A stretch of DNA of 41,805 nt from Candidatus Altiarchaeales archaeon. Its GTDB lineage: Archaea > Altiarchaeota > Altiarchaeia > IMC4 > SCGC-AAA252-I15. The DNA is taken from positions 1-41,805 of the forward strand of contig WJJK01000172.1 of NCBI GenBank assembly GCA_014729705.1, written 5' to 3'. Of the stretch, positions 8,264-16,682 are shown one piece after another. Numbering within the stretch: position 1 is the first letter of the stretch; every line of letters begins with the position of its first letter. Made by a program: the position numbers and the translations under genes. The notes beneath the pieces are model-generated. The model did no database searches. It was not told where the DNA came from and saw nothing but the letters and a program-made list of their open reading frames with translations.

Positions 8264-8752
8264 TTACGACTTAGGCGCATTCTTCATCAACTCGGATCCA
8301 TCTACACCAGAATAATCTGAAGGGAAAGGTACTGCTTGGTTCTGAGTCGAAACGTTTGATACTGACCTAGAGAACAAAACACTTGTAGTGCTGAGATCAG
8401 AGTATGTGCTTCCACTCAAAGCTCTCATCCTAATACGCAGTGTTTTGTTATAGAAAGAAGTACCGAGGTCTGTTTTTACTTCCCACTTAAACGTAAGAGT
8501 CGTTCCATCCTCTGTGAAGGACAGACCAGCAAGGTCTGTGTCACTGGACGCTGTCATTTGAGACCATGTAGTACCATTATCTGTGGAGTAATCATACACA
8601 GTTAATGACGCATTTGTGTATTCAGGGTAAGCGTAGCCTGTGTACGTGAATTTCATTTGAGATTTATTGGATACAAGTTCGATTGCCCCGAAGGTTATTT
8701 CGAAGTCTCGGATCTCAACTGACCCTGTAATATTTCTATTGCCGATTGTCAT
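8264..8752 (-). CDS. hypothetical beta-sandwich protein with one perfect BNR/Asp-box (STDNGTTW); distant third member of the Ig-like paralog set
   Basis: AAGGAG RBS upstream. The Asp-box fits S-x-D-x-G-x-T-W. N-terminal ITGSVEIRDFEITFGAI resembles the xDFGxV motif of the two upstream paralogs. Confidence 0.55.
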   Translation of the reverse strand: MTIGNRNITGSVEIRDFEITFGAIELVSNKSQMKFTYTGYAYPEYTNASLTVYDYSTDNGTTWSQMTASSDTDLAGLSFTEDGTTLTFKWEVKTDLGTSFYNKTLRIRMRALSGSTYSDLSTTSVLFSRSVSNVSTQNQAVPFPSDYSGVDGSELMKNAPKS

Positions 8753-8767
8753 CGTGTGCTCCTTGTG

Positions 8768-9127
8768 CTATTCGAGATTCAAGCCTGCTTTTGCCAGCTG
8801 CTTAATTAGCTCTTCCTCTACTTGTCTTTTCTTTCCATCTTCGAGGACTTCCTCGTGCATTATTTTAGCGGCGTCCTCAAAATTGGGACGATCCTTTGGT
8901 TCTGTAGTTAGGTTCTGGCGTAGATAGACGACATAAGCAAGCAGCATTCTCTTATCATCTTCGCTCAGCTTTTTTAGGTCCTTCTTTTTCTTAGATTTAA
9001 GATTTTTAAGTAATGTAGGACCCTTCTTTCCGAGCTCCATCAGTTCTTCAGGGCTGAGTGGTATATCCTCAGAAAGAATTTGATACGCGACTTTAGTAAG
9101 CCTTTCACTGACCAATGCTTTAGACAT
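8768..9127 (-). CDS. hypothetical helical, Lys/Glu-rich protein
   Basis: ORF with TAATG coupling to the upstream gene. No recognisable motif. Confidence 0.55.
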   Translation of the reverse strand: MSKALVSERLTKVAYQILSEDIPLSPEELMELGKKGPTLLKNLKSKKKKDLKKLSEDDKRMLLAYVVYLRQNLTTEPKDRPNFEDAAKIMHEEVLEDGKKRQVEEELIKQLAKAGLNLE

Positions 9128-9567
9128 TAGGAATACTCGAATATGAACCGGAAGTTAACGCTTTCTTCTCCAAGACTAGACTCACTGTTTCCTACCTCTA
9201 CATCCATCCAGATATATTCAGGGCTAGATGCTGTCAGCACCAAACCTCTGTCTGAAAGAGCGGACAGGTTTGTGAGGTCTGAAACACCACGTGCCTCTAC
9301 AAAATAATCTGAAAGATAGTTACTCCCAGGAGTGATGCCCTGAGTAGCCGTGCTTGACTTGTACTTTCCGAATTGGCTGTGGTTCAATCCCCCATTATTC
9401 TCGAGGAACAGAGCGAGAGCGCTTAGTGTCTCTCCTCCCTCAGCTTTTGGGAGAATAACGACCGCTGTCCCGTTGTGATTCCCTCGGACGACAGTACCAA
9501 AATCCACACCGGACACGTCGCCAGATATGAGCTGCATGTTTGAAGGATTGTAGGTTTCTACTTTCAT
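9127..9567 (-). CDS. small Ig-like (ASH/PapD-like LDFG-motif) protein, paralog A
   Basis: SGDVSGVDFGTVVRG near the N-terminus, NNGGLN in the middle and VNFRFIFEYS at the C-terminus. It is clearly paralogous to 9586-10002. Confidence 0.6.
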   Translation of the reverse strand: MKVETYNPSNMQLISGDVSGVDFGTVVRGNHNGTAVVILPKAEGGETLSALALFLENNGGLNHSQFGKYKSSTATQGITPGSNYLSDYFVEARGVSDLTNLSALSDRGLVLTASSPEYIWMDVEVGNSESSLGEESVNFRFIFEYS

Positions 9568-9585
9568 TATATCCTACCTTTTCTG

Positions 9586-10002
9586 TTATGCGTATTCAAA
9601 GATGAACCTGTAGTTGATGGACGAAGTACCACCAGTTTCAAGGCTGCCCGCTTGAACGTCCAGCCATATGTAATCTCCATAATCTCCCGCCAAGTTCACC
9701 GTTACACCTCCAGTTGCCTGTGGAGGGTCAGACACAACGGAGAAATGATCAGAAAGCAAACCACCCGTTGCTAAATCAGATATGAATGACGAATTCACAT
9801 AGTAGCCATATTCAGAGTAATTGAACCCACCATTATTTTGAAGATAAAGCTCAAGCCCCGTGATACTCTCACCTTCGAGTACCGGTCTAATACATACAGG
9901 CAAAGTACTATGTTTGCCTTGCTGTACATTTCCGAAGTTAACTCCCGTAATATCATCAGCAAGCTTATTGCCATTTACGGGACTATATGCACCGATCTTC
10001 AT
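9586..10002 (-). CDS. small Ig-like (ASH/PapD-like LDFG-motif) protein, paralog B
   Basis: DDITGVNFGNVQQG, NNGGFN and C-terminal INYRFIFEYA. It is a tandem duplicate of 9127-9567. Confidence 0.6.
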   Translation of the reverse strand: MKIGAYSPVNGNKLADDITGVNFGNVQQGKHSTLPVCIRPVLEGESITGLELYLQNNGGFNYSEYGYYVNSSFISDLATGGLLSDHFSVVSDPPQATGGVTVNLAGDYGDYIWLDVQAGSLETGGTSSINYRFIFEYA

Positions 10003-10090
10003 GAAAGGTGTGTCCTGTCATTACATGTGAAAACAAGCTATATTATCGAGGGAGTATTAATAGATTATGACCATATAAGAGCTTAGAGGA

Positions 10091-11170
10091 TTAGCTCTCA
10101 GGGGCAATAACGGCCAAAATATCTTTGAGGCGGTGCACATAGGTATGATTTTCAGAAACTTTTCTGAAGGCATTGAACGCCATATCTTCACGAGAGTCTT
10201 TACCCGGTCCAAGAAGAAAATACTTAAGGCTCTCTTCTAGGCTTTTCGGGTCACTAAAAAACCCTACTTCATCCTCTGTGAATATCTCATGAGCTTCATC
10301 CCGGCAGTCTTCCATAAGCATGAAAGACTGGCAGAGAGATACTTCATATGCGCGGGGGTTTAGACTCTCTGGCTTGAATCGGCTGCGATTCAGGGGATTA
10401 CGTTGTGTCTTGGTCCGCGGGCTCCATTTTACGTCACGCATGAAATTGAGTACCGCTTTAGCTCCATTGTAGTACTTTACCGTTTCTTCATGGGGGATAG
10501 TCCTTTCATCAAAGACATATTCCCAAAGGGGAGACTTACGCGGGAGATAATGTGCGTGCCCACATATTTTGAAACTGAGATCATTTCTTTTCACAAAGGG
10601 TATGATAGACTCGAGCATCTGTCGTCTATTGGGGTATATGGCTCCTAGGAAGAGGATATCACTGCGGTACTTCTCTTCCAGAATTTTCACCGGGAACTTA
10701 CCACATGCGTGTGTGCTGGCTCCTGTGGGACAGTAATACGTATTTTTGTATCTATCAGATGTCCCTATGCTGCGTTCATTGGAAAAGTAATAATCAATGC
10801 TAGAGAGTCTGTGTTTGTTAGGGTCAAACGAGTGGGGGTCTTCCGTTGCGACAACAACGCTTTTGACATGATATAGATTCTCATATAAGAAGTTGGGGAC
10901 GTTCAGGCCCCCAATAAACATTACATGTGTGAATCCCCGACTTTTGATAAGTGCCGTAGAGTGCACCATTTGAAAACAAACGCCGTCTTGTAATATCTGA
11001 CGAAAAAGGTGCTCAGGAAATGTCTCATAAGAGACACGTAGCTCATTGAGAGCATTTTTATAGCCCTCATACACGTCTGTTAGAGCAAACTGAGTAGGAT
11101 CCGATATAAGGTAAATCTTCACATCTTCATACGGCACGGACATGGCCTTTGATAGAGCCCTCTTTTTCAT
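10091..11170 (-). CDS. CgeB-like GT-B glycosyltransferase
   Basis: The C-terminal half, NPRAYEVSLCQSFMLMED...EVGFFSDPKSLEESLKYFL...HTYVHRLKDIL, fits the CgeB/Glyco_trans_1_2 pattern (N-x-R-x-FE ... f-x-s-x-eel ... HTY-x-x-R). The start could be Met10 (11143). Confidence 0.6.
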   Translation of the reverse strand: MKKRALSKAMSVPYEDVKIYLISDPTQFALTDVYEGYKNALNELRVSYETFPEHLFRQILQDGVCFQMVHSTALIKSRGFTHVMFIGGLNVPNFLYENLYHVKSVVVATEDPHSFDPNKHRLSSIDYYFSNERSIGTSDRYKNTYYCPTGASTHACGKFPVKILEEKYRSDILFLGAIYPNRRQMLESIIPFVKRNDLSFKICGHAHYLPRKSPLWEYVFDERTIPHEETVKYYNGAKAVLNFMRDVKWSPRTKTQRNPLNRSRFKPESLNPRAYEVSLCQSFMLMEDCRDEAHEIFTEDEVGFFSDPKSLEESLKYFLLGPGKDSREDMAFNAFRKVSENHTYVHRLKDILAVIAPES

Positions 11171-11600
11171 CCACAGAGTATATGTGCAAGAGACCGTCTT
11201 TAATATAGCCTATGCTGCGTTTCACTACAACAACTTTTCTTGATTTCATGTCCAGGTAGCCTGTGTGTGAAAAGTACCAGTCACCGGGCTTTATGGAGGG
11301 GTATTCTTCCTTAGAGAGCTTTATTTTGGATTTATCCTTCCAAATAAGCTCGAGCGCTACTATCCGAGCTTTATCTATCTCTGCCCAGTTAGTAGCGCAT
11401 TGTTTATTCAACTTCTTACTAATATAGTTCTCTCGTTCTCGTACTGTCTTACCGTTTTCGTAGTGTACGATGAAACCCGTAAAAGGCTTCTTAGGCCTTC
11501 TAGGGTTTTTTGGGCTTTGCACGCTTAGGGGCTTTGAACTTTTTGACCCTTGGGCGTTTTGGGGCGGGTGGTTTTTTTGGCTTTGGTGGTTTTGTGACAT
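11127..11600 (-). CDS. hypothetical protein; its 5' third overlaps the basic-protein gene in another frame
   Basis: Long ORF. The only canonical in-frame starts are ATG 11600 and GTG 11522, and neither has an SD. The globular part begins around FTGFIVHYENGK, downstream of the overlap. Confidence 0.45.
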   Translation of the reverse strand: MSQNHQSQKNHPPQNAQGSKSSKPLSVQSPKNPRRPKKPFTGFIVHYENGKTVRERENYISKKLNKQCATNWAEIDKARIVALELIWKDKSKIKLSKEEYPSIKPGDWYFSHTGYLDMKSRKVVVVKRSIGYIKDGLLHIYSVDEKEGSIKGHVRAV

Positions 11601-11931
11601 CGATTTTCTTTGGCTTCTTTACTCTCGGCGGAGCCGGACGCTTTGCAGGTTTCTTAGGAGGCTTTGGCTTAGCTGGTTTTTTTGCCGGTTTTGGTACAGA
11701 AGGCTTCTTTGATTTAGACATCCAGGAAGGCTTCGTGCGCTTAAACATCTTTCGAGTCTTCATGAAGAGGTTATTACGCTTCATGTACCGTCGACGTTGT
11801 AGACGTATTTTAGCCTTATGTGTCCTGTAGTACTGCCTTGATTTTACTCTAGACTGAGGGCTTCGCCTCTTAAGCCTTTTGGTTAGTCTCCTCTTATATG
11901 CGAGGACGACTCTCATTACTTTATCGAGCAT
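11500..11931 (-). CDS. extremely basic Arg/Lys/Pro-rich protein (histone H1 / protamine-like tail)
   Basis: 143 aa. The N-terminal half is Arg-rich. The C-terminal half is KPAKKPAKPKPPKKPAKRPAPPRVKKPKK...KPPKPKKPPAPKRPRVKKFKAPKRAKPKKP. Confidence 0.6.
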   Translation of the reverse strand: MLDKVMRVVLAYKRRLTKRLKRRSPQSRVKSRQYYRTHKAKIRLQRRRYMKRNNLFMKTRKMFKRTKPSWMSKSKKPSVPKPAKKPAKPKPPKKPAKRPAPPRVKKPKKIDVTKPPKPKKPPAPKRPRVKKFKAPKRAKPKKP

Positions 11932-11985
11932 GTCCAGTCCTTTGATATAAACCTGTTAAGGGCTGGAATATTAACTGATTATGGA

Positions 11986-12519
11986 TCACGCCTTTCCGTG
12001 TTCTCTCTGGAATTTCCACAGACGGTATTCCGGAGAAACTGCAAGGTCTTTCTCTATGCGCTCATACTCCTCTAGATAAGGTTTCGCTTTTTCAGGAGTC
12101 ATGCTTTTTCGTAGAAGGATTCTGCGTATTTTCTCTAGACGTATAAGGGGCCTTATCACCTTTTTATACTTCTTAGAGGTACCTAATAAAAGGGAGTGGT
12201 TCTTAAGCTTGTGACATGCCTGGCACAGATATAGCTGTTCTCGATCTTTGTACTTAGAAGGCAGATAAAGCTTCAAACGAGGGGATCCGCATTTAGGACA
12301 CTTTACGTACCACCGCACCCCGCCTAGATGGTTTGGGCTCGCCTCATAGTCAAATTCCTGTCCATTTAGCGTAAAAGTACGAAGACTGTTGTATATGAGC
12401 TTTTCGAATTCTTTGTCATGTGCGTTTGGGAATTTCTTACGTATTTCGGCCTTGACCTTACGCACAAGATTACCAAAAGAAAAACAGGTAGTCGATTCTA
12501 TCGAGACGTACTTAGCCAT
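11986..12519 (-). CDS. hypothetical zinc-ribbon protein
   Basis: CPKCGSPRLKLY...LYLCQACHKL gives two CxxC pairs. AAGAAGG RBS upstream. Confidence 0.6.
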   Translation of the reverse strand: MAKYVSIESTTCFSFGNLVRKVKAEIRKKFPNAHDKEFEKLIYNSLRTFTLNGQEFDYEASPNHLGGVRWYVKCPKCGSPRLKLYLPSKYKDREQLYLCQACHKLKNHSLLLGTSKKYKKVIRPLIRLEKIRRILLRKSMTPEKAKPYLEEYERIEKDLAVSPEYRLWKFQREHGKA

Positions 12520-12576
12520 AACAACCTTCTTATATTATGTGTTTCTGCATTCATATTAGATAATTACATTAGAAGA

Positions 12577-13086
12577 TTATTGCTTTTCCATCAGACGCTT
12601 TCTTGGTCCGCTTATCTTCTTTAAGAGTTCTTCCAAACAATTTATCATAGATATCAGTACTTTTCCTAGCCAAGACGGCTGCTCCATGGCATCTGTTAGG
12701 CTTTTATCTAAGACCCACCCAAGCGTAGCAAGTTCCGGATAGAGTCTCCTCATGACTCCTATATCCTGCAACTCACGTTCGAATTGCTCGGCAACAAGTT
12801 TAGGTGTCCATTTCCCTGCAAAAGCATTACACTCTCCAGGACATGTACATACATCAGGTGCTTTTTCTCCGTGCTCAACAGGAAACATGCACATAGGAAC
12901 CTGACGGGTTATACCGTCTTCAGTATATGTTACTAGGCGACCATAATAGCAGTTCCTGTGTAAATGCCTCTTCGCATCCTGAATCTTTTCATGTAAAATC
13001 TTACGACGTATCTGCCTGTACTTACGGTATATAACTCCTGGACTACGCATTAGTGCTGTCCCTTCCGCGGGAGTTCTTTTTATCAT
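12577..13086 (-). CDS. hypothetical Cys-rich protein
   Basis: ORF with the cluster CYYG...CMFP...DVCTCPGEC. The likely start is Met13 (13050). No family recognised. Confidence 0.55.
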   Translation of the reverse strand: MIKRTPAEGTALMRSPGVIYRKYRQIRRKILHEKIQDAKRHLHRNCYYGRLVTYTEDGITRQVPMCMFPVEHGEKAPDVCTCPGECNAFAGKWTPKLVAEQFERELQDIGVMRRLYPELATLGWVLDKSLTDAMEQPSWLGKVLISMINCLEELLKKISGPRKRLMEKQ

Positions 13087-13567
13087 AAAAGAAATTACGA
13101 TTCAAAAAATGAATAACGTCGGCATAATCGCAGAAACCCTTGTTGAAGCTGATACCTTTCATAGACCACACTTCTACGAACTTCCCACTGTCTTTTAAAT
13201 GCTTACATAGGTCTATGAAATCCCCGTCGCCACTCATCAAAACCCATTTATCGAATTGCTCGGCCATCTTCATACAGTCTATACAGATAGCTATATCCTG
13301 ATCTGTACCCTTATATATCCTCTGACCATCAGACTTATAGCCTATGCTGGCCTTTTTAATACGTAGAGTATACCCCAGGTTCTTGAGTAAACTCTCAAAC
13401 TTCTTGTGCTCGGCGTCTGGTGTTCTTATGATGTAGGCAAAAAGACCTACTATTTCATCCCCGTTTTTATCAAAATGCTCTTTGATTTTTAGGAAGTCAA
13501 TTCTTTTGTCTATATCCTTCGCGGAGAAGAATAGATTCTGTACGTCGAGCTGTACAAGGGTTCTCAT
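13043..13567 (-). CDS. NYN-domain (LabA/DUF88-like, PIN-related) putative ribonuclease
   Basis: N-terminal LDVQNLFFSA and the central DIAICIDCM...WVLMSGDGDFIDL match NYN/LabA signatures. ATGA coupling to the upstream ATPase C-lobe gene. Confidence 0.7.
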   Translation of the reverse strand: MRTLVQLDVQNLFFSAKDIDKRIDFLKIKEHFDKNGDEIVGLFAYIIRTPDAEHKKFESLLKNLGYTLRIKKASIGYKSDGQRIYKGTDQDIAICIDCMKMAEQFDKWVLMSGDGDFIDLCKHLKDSGKFVEVWSMKGISFNKGFCDYADVIHFLNRNFFYDKKNSRGRDSTNA

Positions 13568-14175
13568 CTGACTCTCTCGATGCTTGTTTTGTTGTTGCGG
13601 CGATTTATTCTATAGTTTGAGTCTGCAGCATCAGCCAGAGCTGAGTTGTGTGTCACAAGAAGAATATCCATACCTAGTTTGTGAGCAAGTTCGGACACTA
13701 ATCCACTTACATTTGTGATATAATCTGAATCCACAGCGCCAAAGGCCTCATCCAAAAACAAAATAGGGGCTCGCTTTAGTTTTTGTATACATACAAGTCT
13801 AAGCAGCAGGCTTTCTATAACATCGATGCTGCACTTACTTTCTTCATCAACAGTGTTTTCCCCAAAAATAGTACTTAGCCGGATCTTGACCTTTTTCCCG
13901 TGCTCCTCTAGATCCGATTCAAAACGCACATCGATGTCTGGGAATACACTTTTCAGACCATATGTAACAAGACGATCCATCTGTGATAGATCCTTCTTAG
14001 CCAGCTTATCTATCAAATGCTTTAAGACCTTTTCAGTTTTATCTAAAAGGTCTGCTTCCTCTTGAAGGGAGGTAACCTTCTGGAGGGCGGCTTCTCTCTG
14101 TGCGCGTTTTGTCTCACGCATACCTTCAAGAAAACGCGTTCTATCTATTAATGCGTCATACAATCCGACGTCCAT
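13564..14175 (-). CDS. stand-alone ABC/SMC-type ATPase C-lobe (coiled coil + Walker B/D-loop/H-loop); possible C-terminal half of a split Rad50/SbcC
   Basis: APILFLDEAFGAVD is the Walker B plus D-loop. ILLVTHNSALADAAD is the H-loop. The first 75 aa or so are predicted coiled coil. There is no Walker A. The signature motif is degenerate (CSIDVIESLLLRL). Confidence 0.55.
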   Translation of the reverse strand: MDVGLYDALIDRTRFLEGMRETKRAQREAALQKVTSLQEEADLLDKTEKVLKHLIDKLAKKDLSQMDRLVTYGLKSVFPDIDVRFESDLEEHGKKVKIRLSTIFGENTVDEESKCSIDVIESLLLRLVCIQKLKRAPILFLDEAFGAVDSDYITNVSGLVSELAHKLGMDILLVTHNSALADAADSNYRINRRNNKTSIERVR

Positions 14176-14176
14176 A

Positions 14177-14407
14177 TTAATCTTTCTCAGGCTTTACAGT
14201 GACACAATAAGACACACCGTCAACGATAACTTTTTTAGTAGATCCCTTTGGCGTTCCGTGCATCATATAATCTACTAGAGTTACAAAAAGATCTTTTTCA
14301 GCATCACGCTTATCTAAAGCGTGCCTTTCATCTTTTCCATATCTATACATATATATTTTGTTGGTGAGTATAGAGTGGCCTAACCTTATCTTATTCAGAT
14401 CTTGCAC
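14177..14407 (-). CDS. hypothetical protein (76 aa)
   Basis: ORF tightly packed between the clamp and ATPase C-lobe genes. No motif recognised. Confidence 0.45.
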   Translation of the reverse strand: MQDLNKIRLGHSILTNKIYMYRYGKDERHALDKRDAEKDLFVTLVDYMMHGTPKGSTKKVIVDGVSYCVTVKPEKD

Positions 14408-14416
14408 GCCCGCCTC

Positions 14417-15574
14417 CTATTGTTTGACTACTTTTGTGTAACTCCCCAAACCTACAGCTATATACCTCTCATCACCGATAGTTCCGCTTTCATAGACCTT
14501 AAAAAATTTGTTGTCATCGTTTACGTGAAGGCGTACATCTTTCTCAGCTTTCAAGGATGTAAGAACATCTTTAAGTATTGTATAAAATGTGGTGTGCTCA
14601 TATCGGTCAGCAGTATCATCATTTACTCGAGCACAAGGTATGCGTTCATTAGACTTCAAATTTGCAACGAGTTCGATATCCAAATGAGCGTCCTCCCCGG
14701 CTCCACTTAGAGTCATACGTATGCCTGCTCCTATTTTTGTCGAGTTAGAAGCAACAACGCGATCTATGTGTTTCATCAAATTTGTTTTGTCGATGCGTGT
14801 GTAAGGCCCTTCAGATTTTAGGTGGACTGTAGGAATCTCAGGCGGCTCGGCGTTGGATTTAAGGCAACTGAAGCGCATAGTATCCGTAAGAATACCTACA
14901 TCTCTTTCGCTTTCAAAAAGCGTAGCCTTTTCATCGGGGAGAGAAGACAGAATCTTAGCTAGAAGAGGGACGGCTGTCTTACGTATCTTAAGCTTATTGA
15001 TCCCTTGAAACTGCTTACAGACAAAAAAGCCCATCTTGTTAAGACCATTTGCGCTATAGATAATACCCTTATCTATTAACATCTGGTCAAAAGTTCTCAT
15101 GTCCTCTTTAAGATCAGGCAAATAGCTTGCCGCATAACCCAATGCTGCCGCAAGGATATTTCTATCTAGTTCCTCAAGGACGACATCATCTCCAAGCTCA
15201 TGTGTAAATGTGAGCATCTTATCTGCCGGAAATGACTGTGCCGAGGTATATGACTTAAGATCCTCTTTCGTATATATCTTAACAATATGTTCTTCCTTAT
15301 CAAACTCAATACGTATAGTATCAGCATCAACCTTGACCAATACTTTAGTCAGGATCTTAGGGCTTATGGTAAATGCCCCGCTGCCCTCACACTCTTGAGT
15401 TTTAATACGATATGAAGCTTTAAGATCATTGTTGGTGCCAGTGATAAGGAGGTCATCTCCTGAAACTGTAAAAAGGAGATGGCCACGTTCTTCCTGGACT
15501 ACTACTTTAGGAAGTGCCTTCTGTACCACAGTGGACGCCAACTTCAAATCCTTTTTACTTACGACGACATGCAT
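14417..15574 (-). CDS. dnaN: DNA polymerase III beta sliding clamp homolog
   Basis: 385 aa. The N-terminus, SKKDLKLASTVVQKALPK...HLLFTVSGDDLLITGTNNDL, follows the DnaN pattern (l..l..v..a....p.l..ll......l.ltgTD). Size and context (clamp-loader genes in the window) agree. Confidence 0.72.
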   Translation of the reverse strand: MHVVVSKKDLKLASTVVQKALPKVVVQEERGHLLFTVSGDDLLITGTNNDLKASYRIKTQECEGSGAFTISPKILTKVLVKVDADTIRIEFDKEEHIVKIYTKEDLKSYTSAQSFPADKMLTFTHELGDDVVLEELDRNILAAALGYAASYLPDLKEDMRTFDQMLIDKGIIYSANGLNKMGFFVCKQFQGINKLKIRKTAVPLLAKILSSLPDEKATLFESERDVGILTDTMRFSCLKSNAEPPEIPTVHLKSEGPYTRIDKTNLMKHIDRVVASNSTKIGAGIRMTLSGAGEDAHLDIELVANLKSNERIPCARVNDDTADRYEHTTFYTILKDVLTSLKAEKDVRLHVNDDNKFFKVYESGTIGDERYIAVGLGSYTKVVKQ

Positions 15575-15576
15575 TA

Positions 15577-15846
15577 TTACACCTCTATTTCTGCTAGTTG
15601 CGAAGAAGCTTTTTCTACGGCAGCCTTGAACTTTTCAATACTATCAGTGAGCTCTTTCTCTTTCTGAGATATGGTATCTTTAAGTTTACTTGGGTCATAC
15701 CCTTGAGACTTAATTTCTTCTACCAGATCAGTCAGCGCTTTTTTCTTGGACTTGTATTGTTCCTCAAGGCGTATCTTTTTAGTATGCAGCTCTTCTCTGC
15801 GTTTTTGGAGGCCCACAAATTCTTCTATATTGGCTGCCATGTCCAT
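15577..15846 (-). CDS. small coiled-coil protein (89 aa)
   Basis: Heptad-rich Lys/Glu sequence. It lies between the Cas4-like nuclease and the clamp. Confidence 0.5.
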   Translation of the reverse strand: MDMAANIEEFVGLQKRREELHTKKIRLEEQYKSKKKALTDLVEEIKSQGYDPSKLKDTISQKEKELTDSIEKFKAAVEKASSQLAEIEV

Positions 15847-15851
15847 TCCTT

Positions 15852-16682
15852 TCAGATACTAAGGTCAATCACCTGACCATCTGTTTTTTCGTTTATCTTG
15901 TTCTTCTTACGAGAGGCATATACCTCTTTTTTAGCAGAAAAAGCATCACACTGAAAGCGCCACTTACACCATTTACAGTGTTTTGAGAGCATAGGCTTTG
16001 GCGTAAATACTTTATCTTGACTGATAGCTCTTTTCACGATCGCGAGCTTATTCTTAAACTTAGTGATAATATCTAGATTGATATCAACATACTTAATGAG
16101 CTGGTATCTGTAATAGAGAAATCCTACTTTATTAGGAAGCTTTCCGTGTCTCAAAAGATAGAGAAGAGCGTAAAAATATAGCTGCTCTATATCCACGTTC
16201 TTATCCATCTTTGTAGTTCCCTTACCATCAAGTATCTCTATACTGCTGCCGGTATTTCGTATAAAGTCCATTCTACCTGTAAGGGAGTCTCCGCTTTTTT
16301 TAAGGTCTATTTTATAACTGACCTCAGAAGTACACTGATTCCAGAAGTCAAAAGCTTCCAGGTTTTTGAGTATATCCTCTATAACCTGTTCAAAAAGTTC
16401 ATTGCTGCCTAGCTTGACCCAAGGCTCAGACCAATCTACATAGGCATTATCCAACATGTAATCCCACTCACGTCTCATAATTTCCCGGATCTGGGATTCA
16501 GGGATAAGTTCATCTCTTTTAGAATAACAATTCACATGCTTTTCAAAGAAGCTCTCTATTAGACGGCCATAAAGAGAGTGGTACTCACTATCTTTTACAT
16601 CAGAGGGTACCTTATTGACTTGGTTGTAGTACAACCGCGGACAATTCAGATATGTACGGTAGTTAGAATATGAGAGTCTCAT
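15852..16682 (-). CDS. Cas4/RecB-family PD-(D/E)xK exonuclease with a 4-Cys (Fe-S) cluster
   Basis: N-terminal SYSNYRTYLNCPRLYY. Catalytic MDF...IEILDGK (D...D-x-K). QLYFYALLY is the QxxxY motif. C-terminal CKWCKWRFQC completes C...CxxCx5C. Confidence 0.8.
   Translation of the reverse strand: MRLSYSNYRTYLNCPRLYYNQVNKVPSDVKDSEYHSLYGRLIESFFEKHVNCYSKRDELIPESQIREIMRREWDYMLDNAYVDWSEPWVKLGSNELFEQVIEDILKNLEAFDFWNQCTSEVSYKIDLKKSGDSLTGRMDFIRNTGSSIEILDGKGTTKMDKNVDIEQLYFYALLYLLRHGKLPNKVGFLYYRYQLIKYVDINLDIITKFKNKLAIVKRAISQDKVFTPKPMLSKHCKWCKWRFQCDAFSAKKEVYASRKKNKINEKTDGQVIDLSI

Noticed and set aside
11563-11580. An A7 run (CCAAAAAAACC on the minus strand) inside the basic-protein gene, considered as a -1 frameshift site into the overlapping 157-aa ORF.
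   Set aside because: The overlapping ORF is in the +1 (equivalently -2) frame relative to the basic-protein gene, so a -1 slip at this run does not enter it. The CCC-UAG site at the stop is the geometrically consistent candidate.
11510-11830. Plus-strand ORFs 11470-11712 and 11510-11830, opposite the basic-protein gene (Gly/Phe-rich products).
   Set aside because: They are mirror-image products of the AAG/CCN-rich repeats on the coding strand. All neighbouring genes are on the minus strand, and there is no RBS.
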